From: an uncultured Candidatus Saccharibacteria bacterium
Lineage (GTDB): Bacteria; Patescibacteriota; Minisyncoccia; UBA6257; GWB1-50-10
DNA length: 53,157 nt
Direction of reading: 5' to 3'
Assembly (NCBI GenBank): GCA_964466475.1
Contig: CAYXNB010000002.1
Location: 1 to 53,157 of the forward strand
The translations under genes and the position numbers were made by a program. Position 1 is the first letter of the stretch. The number at the start of each line of letters is the position of its first letter. This document shows, one piece after another, positions 16,610 through 25,764 of this stretch. Under the pieces are notes generated by a model, which saw only the letters and a list, made by a program, of their open reading frames with translations, made no database searches and was not told the origin of the DNA.

Positions 16610-17459
16610 GTTCGCTCTTAATTTTACCTTCCAAAGTCCGCAAATCCCTCATCGCCTTTTTCGCCTCGTCCTTATTCGGCGGCTTCCCATGCCAGCGAAA
16701 ATCTCCCTCCATAAAACTCACGCCCTTCCCAGGAATTGTGTGTGCGACGATGACGGTTGGCGCCTCATATATCGCCTCGGCCTCATGACAGGCGTCCACG
16801 ATCTCGCGGATATTATGTCCGTCTATTTCCAAAACGTTCCACCCAAACGCCTTATATTTTTCCGCGAAGGGCTCAAGAGGCATGACCTCCTCGGTTCGTC
16901 CGTCTATCTGGATGAAGTTCCGGTCGACGATCGCGGTCAGGTTTCCCAGCCGGTGCCGACGCGCGAACATCACGGCCTCCCAGTGATTCCCCTCCTGATG
17001 CTCCCCGTCTGAAGTAATGCAATACACGCGATGCTTTTTCCCGTCGAGCCGCGCCGCGAGTGCCATTCCGCACGCCTGCGCAAGGCCGGAACCAAGCGGA
17101 CCGGAGGTCGTCTCAACCCCGGGTAAAGCCCCGCGGTGCGGATGCCCCTGCAAACGGCTCCCGAGTTTTCGAAGCGTCTTTAATTCATCCATAGGAAAAT
17201 ATCCCGCCGAAGCAAGGGCTACGTATTGCATCGGGCAAATATGTCCGCAGGAAAGCACAAGCCGGTCCCGATCCGGCCACTCCGGCCGCCGCGGGTCATG
17301 CCGCAAAACATAAAAATAAAGAGCGGCAAAAACTTCGGCTGTCCCCAAGGGTCCCGCCGAATGGCCCGAGCCGGCCTCCAGAAGCGCTTCGATCAGCACC
17401 TCGCGCAACCTCACCGCCCGCTCCTCCAATGATTTTAATTGCCCTTCGTGCAATGACAT
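16602..17459 (-). CDS. tktA: Transketolase, N-terminal (ThDP-binding) subunit
   Basis: GHSAGPLG, LSCGH and ITSDGEHQEGNHWEA, which are ThDP-binding motifs. Confidence 0.9.
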   Translation of the reverse strand: MSLHEGQLKSLEERAVRLREVLIEALLEAGSGHSAGPLGTAEVFAALYFYVLRHDPRRPEWPDRDRLVLSCGHICPMQYVALASAGYFPMDELKTLRKLGSRLQGHPHRGALPGVETTSGPLGSGLAQACGMALAARLDGKKHRVYCITSDGEHQEGNHWEAVMFARRHRLGNLTAIVDRNFIQIDGRTEEVMPLEPFAEKYKAFGWNVLEIDGHNIREIVDACHEAEAIYEAPTVIVAHTIPGKGVSFMEGDFRWHGKPPNKDEAKKAMRDLRTLEGKIKSEHE

Positions 17460-17461
17460 AG

Positions 17462-18820
17462 TTAAGGAATCAAAGAAAGATCGCTCCCCGCCTCGTACAC
17501 CGCATCATCGCTCCCGCCGTCAGTAAGCGCCCTCGAGCCGTTTTTCGAATCCTCAAAACGAACATTGATCTCATACGTTCCGCGCGAAGAGCAGGAAAAA
17601 ACATAATGATATCGGGAAGTATTCACCGGATCTCGCGGAGTATTGGTTACGATAGGACCCTCGACGCCTTCTTTCCGCAAGTCCACGGGGAGCCAGTTGG
17701 TGCCCCCGCCGGAAACGCTCGTAGATTTAAATGCCTTGCCGTAAAGACCTTCGCAAAAATTCGGACGCCTCGAAGCAATGCCGTCAAAAACAAACACAAG
17801 AGTCGAAATATCAGAAAGCCGTTTCTGGTCGCGATCCGCCTGCAACGCGGAAAGCTCCTCCCCTCGCGGACCGGAACGCACCAAGCTCTTTCCCCCGCCG
17901 AATCCAAAAGCGAAAAACTGACGCACATCGAACATTTCCGTAACAGCGGGAACAAAACGCGCCGCGCCGCGAAGAGTAACGAACGGAGTCGCGACAAAGA
18001 TCACAAGGCCGGCCAAAACGACAAGAGCGAATATTTGGGTATGCAACAACTCTTCGCGTACGCGGGGTTTCCGGTCACGCAAGGCGACAAAAATTCGAAA
18101 AGCATATAAAAACCCGAGAGGATACAAAAATATCCATGAAATAAGATTCACGAAAATATCCGCCGGCCCGAAAGAGAGGACGGAGACGAGCAAAAATCGC
18201 AACGAGACCAAAAGCGCCGCCCCCGCAAGAAATGCGGACAGAAGGCGGAAAAAAACTCCAAACCAATTTCCGCGCACGTACAAAAAACTGCGCGCGAGCG
18301 CGTGAAGGCCCTTATCTCCGCCGTCAAAAAGCGTAAAAAACGCGAACGCGAAACAAACCGCGAGATACACCCCCGGCAGAATAAAAAATGCGAATCCCGC
18401 GAGAAGCGAAAAATAAAGCAGTGTAAAAATCCAAAAAAAGGAACCTATCTTGGGGAAGCTCCGCGCGTACGATATCCAAAACGGCTCCGCGTTTTCTGAG
18501 GTAACCGCGTAAAAAAAAGTCGCGCCCCCCCACGCCTGCAAAAGAAGGACGAAAGCGCCGAAAAGCACGACGCCCAGAAACACCGCCGGAGAAAAAAGAA
18601 GTCCCGGGGTAAGCCGAGCAGCCTCCGCATCCGCCATACCAAACACTCCGACGAAAAGGACGAAAAGCAACACCGTAGGTATCCCGAGGATAAAGATAAA
18701 TGAGAAAAAACGCCGAGCGTATGACAAAAACGCCTCAACGCAAAGAGTAATGGGCGAAGGCAAAACAATTTTATTGCCTTGCCGAGGAACCGAAATGGCA
18801 GGAGAGGAAGTAGGTGCCAT
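17462..18820 (-). CDS. Polytopic membrane protein with a C-terminal pilin-head-like domain
   Basis: About 8 predicted TM helices, then RDQKRLSDISTLV...LTDGGSDDAVYEAGS, which resembles CPR pilin globular domains. Start set at MAPTSS, after the rpe stop. Confidence 0.6.
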   Translation of the reverse strand: MAPTSSPAISVPRQGNKIVLPSPITLCVEAFLSYARRFFSFIFILGIPTVLLFVLFVGVFGMADAEAARLTPGLLFSPAVFLGVVLFGAFVLLLQAWGGATFFYAVTSENAEPFWISYARSFPKIGSFFWIFTLLYFSLLAGFAFFILPGVYLAVCFAFAFFTLFDGGDKGLHALARSFLYVRGNWFGVFFRLLSAFLAGAALLVSLRFLLVSVLSFGPADIFVNLISWIFLYPLGFLYAFRIFVALRDRKPRVREELLHTQIFALVVLAGLVIFVATPFVTLRGAARFVPAVTEMFDVRQFFAFGFGGGKSLVRSGPRGEELSALQADRDQKRLSDISTLVFVFDGIASRRPNFCEGLYGKAFKSTSVSGGGTNWLPVDLRKEGVEGPIVTNTPRDPVNTSRYHYVFSCSSRGTYEINVRFEDSKNGSRALTDGGSDDAVYEAGSDLSLIP

Positions 18821-18828
18821 AGTTAAAT

Positions 18829-19482
18829 CTAGACAACACGCGAAAGTAAAAAAAATGCCTCCCGGGGATTCGCGTGATTCCACAAAAAAGAAGAGGAAAC
18901 GACGACATTCGCCCCCGCGCGAAAAATGGAAGGAAGAGTTTTATCACTGACTCCTCCGTCTACTTCTATTATAACATTGTGGTCGCGCTCTCGAAGCGTG
19001 CGAACTTTATCCAGTACGCGATCATCGAATTTCTGGCCGGAAAATCCGGGCGAAACCGCGAGAAATTGCACGAACCGCACGCGATCCAAATACGGATACA
19101 CCCTCTCTGCTGGGGTATCAGGCAACACCGCGAGTCCAATTTCTACGTTCCGGAATCCGATTTCCTTAGGGAATTCGGGCTTCGTAAAAATGGTTTCAAT
19201 ATGAAATATAATACGCCTCGCCCCAGCCCTCACCCATCGCTCCGCATACTCCTCCGGACTCTCCGCCATCAAATGAACTTCAACAGAAATCCTAGACCCT
19301 AGTGGCGAATGGTTAGCGGCTAATACCTCCGGTTCATTCCAAGTAACCGCAGGTGTAAACTTCCCGTCCGAAACATCAAAATGAACCCATTCCGCGGGAA
19401 TACTGTTCAGAATTTCCAAATGCTTCTTCACACACTCCGCGTCGCCGCAATTTATGGCAGGGATTACTTGCACAAAAATCAA
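18829..19482 (-). CDS. rpe: Ribulose-phosphate 3-epimerase
   Basis: HFDVSDGKF, HLM, FHIE, SPGFSGQKF and VDGG motifs. Confidence 0.9.
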   Translation of the reverse strand: MIFVQVIPAINCGDAECVKKHLEILNSIPAEWVHFDVSDGKFTPAVTWNEPEVLAANHSPLGSRISVEVHLMAESPEEYAERWVRAGARRIIFHIETIFTKPEFPKEIGFRNVEIGLAVLPDTPAERVYPYLDRVRFVQFLAVSPGFSGQKFDDRVLDKVRTLRERDHNVIIEVDGGVSDKTLPSIFRAGANVVVSSSFLWNHANPREAFFLLSRVV

Positions 19483-19946
19483 TGAGGTTTTTCTTGTATT
19501 TCTATCTCGAGTTTTGAAATCTTATCCCTCCTTCTCCGGTGCCGCTCCTCGTTCGCGAACGGCGTCCCGAGCCAGGTGGTGACGATCCGCTTCACGTCAT
19601 CAGGGCGCACATAGTTGGCAGGCAGGGCAAGCACGTTCGCGTCGTCGTCATTGCGCGCGTCAAACGCCTGGTCGGGCGTCATTACTAAAGAAGCCCGCAC
19701 CCGCGGGAACTTGTTTGCAACGATATCCACCCCCACGCCGGAGCCGCAGATCACGATCCCCCGCGCGTTTTCGTAATCATTGCTCACCTTCCCCGCCACA
19801 GCCGAGGCAAAGTCCGGATAATCATCCGCCGGATCCATCTCTGCGTTCCCCAGGTCATAGACCTGGTACCCCAGCCCCTGAATAAATTGTTTTATGTCTT
19901 CCTTTAACGCGAATCCCCTGTGATCTGCCCCGATGTATATAACCAT
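19479..19946 (-). CDS. rpiB: Ribose-5-phosphate isomerase B
   Basis: IYIGADHRGFALK and GIVICGSGVGVDIVANK. Confidence 0.9.
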   Translation of the reverse strand: MVIYIGADHRGFALKEDIKQFIQGLGYQVYDLGNAEMDPADDYPDFASAVAGKVSNDYENARGIVICGSGVGVDIVANKFPRVRASLVMTPDQAFDARNDDDANVLALPANYVRPDDVKRIVTTWLGTPFANEERHRRRRDKISKLEIEIQEKPH

Positions 19947-19997
19947 ATACGTAGTATATCAGAAAACAATCAATTTCTATAAATTTCTACGTAATTT

Positions 19998-21014
19998 CTA
20001 CCGAATTTCCGCGTATGGCTGGAATGTTTCCGAAGTCCGAATCGGCAACTCTTCCACCCGAGAAACCTTTTCGTCCCGAATGAAGACGCGAAGCATGAGC
20101 CCCCGCATGGTCTCTTCCGAAAAACTCTGGTCAAACACAAAATTCCCCAAACTATACGCGATCCATCCGTCCTTATATTTCTCAACTTCCTGTACCACGT
20201 GCGGATGATGTCCGACTACCAAATCCGCCCCGGCATCTATAATCGCGCGAGCAACTTCTCTTTGTGCGACACTCGAACTCGTTGCGTACTCCTCGCCCCA
20301 ATGATACGAAACTACGAGAATATCCGCCTGCCCGCGCGCCTCCGCGACGCGTTCCAAAACATACTCCAAACGCGCATCGCTCACTCCGGGCCGCTCTTCC
20401 CCGGCAACCAATCCCTCAGGATACAAATTCGTATATGCCAAAAAACCAACTCGAATTTCACGAGCCGAAGGCGAGTTAATTTCTACAAATTTCGTTTCAT
20501 TCGCCTCTTCATAATTTCTCCCCGCCCCCACGGGCGCGATATTATTTTCTTTCAAAAGCGTAATCGTATCCTCCAGAGCATCCTGACCCCAGTCCATAAT
20601 GTGATTGTTCGCGAGAGACAAAACATCAAACCCCGCGAGCCGAAGTCCTTCGATAACCCGCGGATCCGCGCGAAAAGAATATATCGAGCCCTGATTCGCT
20701 CCGCGCGAAGAAATAGGACCCTCAAGGTTTCCAAATGTAATGTCCGCAGAGGCAAGCGTGTCCGCTATCAACCGAAACGGATACGCGAAATCACTTTCCC
20801 TTTGCATCGCGGCTCCCACGCTCCTTGAGAGCATAATATCCCCGACAAAAAGCAGTTCCACCTCTTTCGTAGATTCGGATAATTCGTAGTTTCGGAGCGG
20901 TTCTCTTTGTAGATTCGGAAGATTCGTGGTTTCGGAGCGGTTTAAAAAATACAAAACCCCCGAAAACCCGAAGGATACAAGTGAAAGTAAAAAAACAAAA
21001 ATCCAATACCTCAC
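19998..21014 (-). CDS. capA: CapA-family metallophosphatase (poly-gamma-glutamate synthesis-like)
   Basis: VGDIML, LANNHIMDWG, VSYHWGEEY and VVGHHPHVVQ. An N-terminal TM segment is followed by a region encoded by a tandem nucleotide repeat. Confidence 0.8.
   Translation of the reverse strand: MRYWIFVFLLSLVSFGFSGVLYFLNRSETTNLPNLQREPLRNYELSESTKEVELLFVGDIMLSRSVGAAMQRESDFAYPFRLIADTLASADITFGNLEGPISSRGANQGSIYSFRADPRVIEGLRLAGFDVLSLANNHIMDWGQDALEDTITLLKENNIAPVGAGRNYEEANETKFVEINSPSAREIRVGFLAYTNLYPEGLVAGEERPGVSDARLEYVLERVAEARGQADILVVSYHWGEEYATSSSVAQREVARAIIDAGADLVVGHHPHVVQEVEKYKDGWIAYSLGNFVFDQSFSEETMRGLMLRVFIRDEKVSRVEELPIRTSETFQPYAEIR
20865..20940 (-). repeat. Two imperfect tandem units (about 35-40 nt) with four TTCGGA half-sites, inside the capA 5' region
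   Basis: tttcgtagattcggataattcgtagtttcggagcgg followed by tttgtagattcggaagattcgtggtttcggagcgg. The 25-mer at 20872-20896 is identical to 14558-14582. Confidence 0.85.
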
Positions 21015-22027
21015 AAAAGACCGATAACCTTCTCCGTGTGCCTCACCAGCGTAGACACATACCCCGCCTCATTGTCATACCAGGAAAGCACCTTGACCAA
21101 GTTCCCGTCCACCACGCGGGTAAAGGAAAGGTCCGCAATAGCGCCGTGCTTCTGTCCCACGATATCCGAAGAAACAACCGGATCTTCCGTAGTCGTAAAA
21201 ATTCCCTCCCACTTCGCCGACTTCGACGCCCTGCGCAAAATGTCGTTCACCTCCTCCGCCGTGGTCTTGCGCTTCGCCACGAAAGTAATGTCCGCGATAG
21301 ATCCCGCGATCACAGGCACGCGCATCGCGATGCCGTCAAACTTGCCCTGCAACTCCGGCAACACTCGCCCAACCGCAATAGCCGCGCCCGTTGAAGACGG
21401 GATAATGCTGTGCGCCCCCGCCCTTCCGCGGCGGAAGTCGCTTCCCTTTACCGTATTGTCCACAATGCTTTGTGTGGCGGTATAAGCATGCACCGTGTTC
21501 AGCATCGCTTTTCGTATTCCCGGATCCTCGCTCAAAATCTGCATGAGCGGAGCCGAAGCATTGGTGGTGCAAGATCCGTTTGAGGTCAAAACCGCGCCCT
21601 TCAAATCCGCGTCATTGATGCCGATAAGCACCGTCTTCCCGTCCGTGCCGTCCTCGTCTTTTGCCGGAGCAGTAATGATGACCCGCCTCGCCCCGGCCAT
21701 CAGATGCACCTTCGCTTTTTCATATGATTCAAAAGCTCCGGTTGATTCCAAAACAAGGTCAACGCCGAGCCGCTTCCACGGCAGTTTCATAGGGTCCGGT
21801 TCGCGCAAAAACTGGATCACGACCTTCCCCACGCGCAGATTCCCCTCTTCCACCGCGACTGCTTCGGCGAATTTTCCGTACACCGAATCGTATTCCAAAA
21901 GATACGCCAAACTCTCCGGAGTTCCCAAATCGTTTATCGCGACAATGTTGATATTTTTGTTTCCGATCGCTTCCCGTAAAAATAATCTGCCGATTCGTCC
22001 GAATCCGTTTATTGCGATGTTTGCCAT
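21011..22027 (-). CDS. gap: Glyceraldehyde-3-phosphate dehydrogenase
   Basis: INGFGRIGR and the active-site SCTTNASAP motif. Confidence 0.95.
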   Translation of the reverse strand: MANIAINGFGRIGRLFLREAIGNKNINIVAINDLGTPESLAYLLEYDSVYGKFAEAVAVEEGNLRVGKVVIQFLREPDPMKLPWKRLGVDLVLESTGAFESYEKAKVHLMAGARRVIITAPAKDEDGTDGKTVLIGINDADLKGAVLTSNGSCTTNASAPLMQILSEDPGIRKAMLNTVHAYTATQSIVDNTVKGSDFRRGRAGAHSIIPSSTGAAIAVGRVLPELQGKFDGIAMRVPVIAGSIADITFVAKRKTTAEEVNDILRRASKSAKWEGIFTTTEDPVVSSDIVGQKHGAIADLSFTRVVDGNLVKVLSWYDNEAGYVSTLVRHTEKVIGLL

Positions 22028-22518
22028 GAACCTATTGTATCAGATATCTTCGAACGCAAAACAAACTTATCCCCAGTTTTGATGCTCAAACGCTCCGCGG
22101 TCCCGGCCATGACCTCAAAAACCATATCCACAACACCCGGCGATGTATATAAAGGAAGCGCCGAAAGCGGCGCGTCAGACAAGGGCGCGGGCGCGCTCCG
22201 CTCCACTCCGATTACCCTTCCCTCGCGTAGCCAAATAATATCAATCGGGAAATTCATCTCCTTCATCCAAAAACTCTGTATCTCGGCCTCCGGAAAAAGA
22301 AACAACATCCCCCGCCCTTCTTCCAGCGATTCCCGCCCCGAAAGCCCTTGCGCCCGCGCGGTCGGAGTGTCCGCGACCTCTGCCACAAACTCATGCCCGC
22401 CGAGAGAAACCAATGCCTCACCCTCCCCAAGCCCGCCCCCCTGCCTCCAAGCAAAGAAAAAAACCAAAGCCAAAACCCCAACCAAACCAATTACCAAAAT
22501 AAAAATTCGCTGTTTCAT
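22009..22518 (-). CDS. DUF192-family protein with N-terminal membrane anchor
   Basis: GLSGRESLEEGRGMLFLFP...FWMKEMNFPIDIIW is typical of COG1430/DUF192. Start moved to MKQRIF. Confidence 0.7.
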   Translation of the reverse strand: MKQRIFILVIGLVGVLALVFFFAWRQGGGLGEGEALVSLGGHEFVAEVADTPTARAQGLSGRESLEEGRGMLFLFPEAEIQSFWMKEMNFPIDIIWLREGRVIGVERSAPAPLSDAPLSALPLYTSPGVVDMVFEVMAGTAERLSIKTGDKFVLRSKISDTIGSWQTSQ

Positions 22519-22522
22519 CCCA

Positions 22523-23011
22523 TTATCTATTTTCCCGCAACCGGTACGCCACAATCCCGAACGCAACTGAAACGTTCAACGACTCCTTTTTTCCGAACAT
22601 CGGAATTTCTAAAATCGTGTCCGCCCGCCTCAAAATTGCCGAGGAAAGACCGCGCACCTCGTCGCCAAACACAAGCGCAATGTGCGCGTCGAGGTTCGGC
22701 CTCGAAACGTTTTGGAGGCCGAACCTCAAAACCGACACTGACCGAGGGTCTTGCTCCACCGCGAAAATCAAATATCCCTCCTTCTTTAGTCCGTCCAAAA
22801 GCCGTGTCGTTGAGGCATAATACTCCCACGAAACATTCCGCTCCGCGCCAAGCGCGACTTTGGCCATATCCTTGCGCGGCCTACCAAACCTGTCCAAAGG
22901 CGTAGGCGTTACCCCGCACAAATACATCTTTTCGATGCCCGCCCCGTCCGCGGTGCGAAACATGGACCCCACGTTATAAACGCTCCTGATGTTGTGCAAT
23001 ACCGCAACCAT
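22523..23011 (-). CDS. SpoU/TrmH-family RNA 2'-O-methyltransferase
   Basis: NVGSMFRTADGAG, LVFGDEVRGL and LEIPMFGKKESLNVSVAFGI, which are SPOUT motifs. Confidence 0.85.
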   Translation of the reverse strand: MVAVLHNIRSVYNVGSMFRTADGAGIEKMYLCGVTPTPLDRFGRPRKDMAKVALGAERNVSWEYYASTTRLLDGLKKEGYLIFAVEQDPRSVSVLRFGLQNVSRPNLDAHIALVFGDEVRGLSSAILRRADTILEIPMFGKKESLNVSVAFGIVAYRLRENR

Positions 23012-23028
23012 AGTACAATAAGCATACT

Positions 23029-23517
23029 ATGCTCCGCGGCATCCTGAAAATCCTCGTCATCATGGGCCTGGTATATGGCGCGACCTACCTCATCCCCAAA
23101 GACGCACGGGAAAAGGCGCTCTCTCGGCTTGGAAACCTGATATCCGCGATCACGCCCGCCTCCGTGAAAGAAAAAATGGAACCCGTCATCTTCTCCCCCA
23201 TGGAACGCAGACAGAAACTCCTGGATCAGCTGGAAAAAAATATTGAAACAATAAAATCCGGCATTTCAAAAACTGCCGCACCCGGCAACGCGACGGCCGC
23301 AGACCCCGCAAACCCCGATACGCAAAAAAATGAAGAGCCCCCCGCCCCCGAAGAACTGGTAAGAACGCTTGAAGAAACGCAAAAAATAATCGAAGAAATA
23401 GAGGAGATAAACGACGAGCAGGGCGTGGTAAACAAAGTCACCACGAAAATATATAAATCGGTAACCGGAGGGGGCAGCGAAGCTGCCGAAACCTGCTCGT
23501 GCGAACAAAAACCATAA
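23029..23517 (+). CDS. Hypothetical membrane-anchored protein with acidic tail
   Basis: N-terminal TM segment ILKILVIMGLVYGATYL; no motif recognised. Confidence 0.55.
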   Translation: MLRGILKILVIMGLVYGATYLIPKDAREKALSRLGNLISAITPASVKEKMEPVIFSPMERRQKLLDQLEKNIETIKSGISKTAAPGNATAADPANPDTQKNEEPPAPEELVRTLEETQKIIEEIEEINDEQGVVNKVTTKIYKSVTGGGSEAAETCSCEQKP

Positions 23518-23526
23518 CGCGAAGGC

Positions 23527-24672
23527 ATGATCCAAAAAATCATCTCCTTTTTTACCGCCCTTATCACGAGTATCACCGCCCTTTTTCAGGTATCCGCCCC
23601 GCAAACACCCCCTCCCCAAACCGAGACCGAAATACCCGGGGCAACCTCGACCGCAACCGAGATCCCGAAGATCGAAATTCAAAAGCCGACTTCAAAAAAT
23701 CCGAAATTCACTCCGCCCGCCCCAGCGCCGGAACCGCAAAAAATTTTACAAACTCTACAACCGGAAGAAACTCCGAAACCCGCGCCCCCGCCCAAATCCG
23801 TAAAACCCGGACCAATAGACCTACGCTCCGTGGTAGGCCTTCTCTGCGAATTTGAAAACGCAGCTCAAAAAACCCAGCACCGCGGCTCCGGCGTCGTAAT
23901 CCGCGAAGGGACGTATAAAGAAGGGACGTATATTTTAACAAACAGGCACGTCGTGGATCTTGAATACGCGAATAAGATAAGCGGATCGGATGATATTGAC
24001 CCGGATCTCAAACTGAAAGAATGCAAAGTGCATATCTTAAAAACCGGAAACCCGATCCTGCCCGAAGAACGCTACCCCTATCCCTACTACGACTTAAAAA
24101 CAATCTCCGGCTTACAATACGACTTCAGGGCGCGCCTCGCCTACCTGCCGGAGACCGCGGGACTTTCGGCGGATGAAATATACGCGCTTGACTACGCAAT
24201 TCTGGAAATAACCGAAAAAAACCAAAGCAAATATTTCGCGCATGAAAATCCCCGCCTCCCCGCGGCCCCAGCCCTCATTCCCGAGCCCGAAGAATGGTTC
24301 GAAATTATAAATGAAAAAAGAGTCGTCATGCCCGGATACGCCTTTCAGCAGGCGGGATCCGGATCATTCGAGGAATTCCGCCTCCTCACGAAAGACGGGG
24401 TGGTAAAAGATATCTACGCCGGAGACAAAAAAATGCAAAACACGCCCATATCCCTCATTATCGAAATCCCTCCGGACGCCTACGGCGGCCGATCCGGCTC
24501 CCCGATATTTTACCAAGGATACCTGATAGGACTTGTGGCAACCAAGGCGCTTCCAGCCCCGAATTCGGGCGACTTTCGCTCCCCCCAGCCCGCGATCACC
24601 GGCATCATGGAAAACATAAAGTCGCGCGCCGACATACGAAACATCTTTCAAAACATAACATATTTCGAATAA
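23527..24672 (+). CDS. Membrane-anchored trypsin-like serine protease
   Basis: TM segment plus a proline-rich linker, then TNRHVVD (His) and GGRSGSPIF (Ser), a chymotrypsin-fold signature. Confidence 0.7.
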   Translation: MIQKIISFFTALITSITALFQVSAPQTPPPQTETEIPGATSTATEIPKIEIQKPTSKNPKFTPPAPAPEPQKILQTLQPEETPKPAPPPKSVKPGPIDLRSVVGLLCEFENAAQKTQHRGSGVVIREGTYKEGTYILTNRHVVDLEYANKISGSDDIDPDLKLKECKVHILKTGNPILPEERYPYPYYDLKTISGLQYDFRARLAYLPETAGLSADEIYALDYAILEITEKNQSKYFAHENPRLPAAPALIPEPEEWFEIINEKRVVMPGYAFQQAGSGSFEEFRLLTKDGVVKDIYAGDKKMQNTPISLIIEIPPDAYGGRSGSPIFYQGYLIGLVATKALPAPNSGDFRSPQPAITGIMENIKSRADIRNIFQNITYFE

Positions 24673-24699
24673 ACAAAAATAATATCGTATAATAAACCC

Positions 24700-25755
24700 A
24701 TGCCCAGAAAACGCGCGCCGCGCGGCAAAAAAATAAAGCAGACAAGAACCCCGCTCGCGAAAACGCTCGCGCCCTGGGTCATGCTCCTTGTCGCGGGATC
24801 CGCGGCGATACTCGTCCGCCTCGGAGCGAAAGCGGATGAAAATCCGGGAACCGATATTTCTTCCGTCGCGGCGGAACAAGTCGCCTGGAACGACATCTCC
24901 GGCTGGTGGGACTTCCACAACACGCACAGCGTGCAGGTGCACGGAACCTATCTGGAGGGCTACGCGAGTTCGAGCGTCGGCGACATTTCGCTCGACTGCG
25001 CGACCACGCGTCACGAGCCAAACCGAAACATCTGCACAACTCATGCAAACTACGGCATCTGCAACGGTCCGGGCCCCCATTTTACAGACGGTACCTGCCC
25101 AAATGGAGACGCCACCGGAATCCTGACTGGTTACGGATGGAGCGATGCTATCGGATGGATAAGTTTTAACTGCGACCAGACCTCGCACGGCGGAACAAAC
25201 AACTGCGCCTCGTCAAACTACCGCGTGGAAATAGACGGTAACACCGGGGACTTTTCCGGATACGCGTGGAATGATGTAGTGGGGTGGATCCGCTTCAACG
25301 ATCCCGGCAATTACAAGGTAAAAACCGCCTGGCGCGCCACAAGCACGCTGGGATTTCTGGAATCCTCCGTATTCGACACCCAGGCGCAGAACGGCGTGGT
25401 CTTGAACAGCATCATCTGGCACGGAACCCAGCCGGGCGGAGACGCATCGGTCGACTTTCAAATCGCGGTCTCAAACTGCCCGAACGGAGCGGAAAACCCG
25501 CCGGACTGCACCGCGGGCACATGGGAATTTATCGGCCCGGACAGCACAAACGAAACCTATTACGGCCTCTACAGCGAAGGATGTTCCATATTCGGCCAAG
25601 CCTCCCCCGCGGCGGGACCCGGAGTGCCGATCTGCATTGATCCGAACCAAACTTTGAACTTTCGCTACCTGCGGTATAAAGTTCGCCTCAAATCAAATCT
25701 GACACAAACCGAATCGCCGGTAATCCAGGACATCATCTTGAACTGGAGTGAATAA
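24700..25755 (+). CDS. Membrane-anchored surface protein with GY(A/G)WxDxxGWIxFN repeats
   Basis: GYGWSDAIGWISFN, GYAWNDVVGWIRFN and WNDISGWWDF repeats. Confidence 0.6.
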   Translation: MPRKRAPRGKKIKQTRTPLAKTLAPWVMLLVAGSAAILVRLGAKADENPGTDISSVAAEQVAWNDISGWWDFHNTHSVQVHGTYLEGYASSSVGDISLDCATTRHEPNRNICTTHANYGICNGPGPHFTDGTCPNGDATGILTGYGWSDAIGWISFNCDQTSHGGTNNCASSNYRVEIDGNTGDFSGYAWNDVVGWIRFNDPGNYKVKTAWRATSTLGFLESSVFDTQAQNGVVLNSIIWHGTQPGGDASVDFQIAVSNCPNGAENPPDCTAGTWEFIGPDSTNETYYGLYSEGCSIFGQASPAAGPGVPICIDPNQTLNFRYLRYKVRLKSNLTQTESPVIQDIILNWSE

Positions 25756-25764
25756 AAATGACGT

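Noticed and set aside
20865-20940. Possible CRISPR or TIGR-like array from the tandem units in capA
   Set aside because: There are only two degenerate units, no unique spacers and no cas or tas genes, and the region is in frame within a coding sequence.
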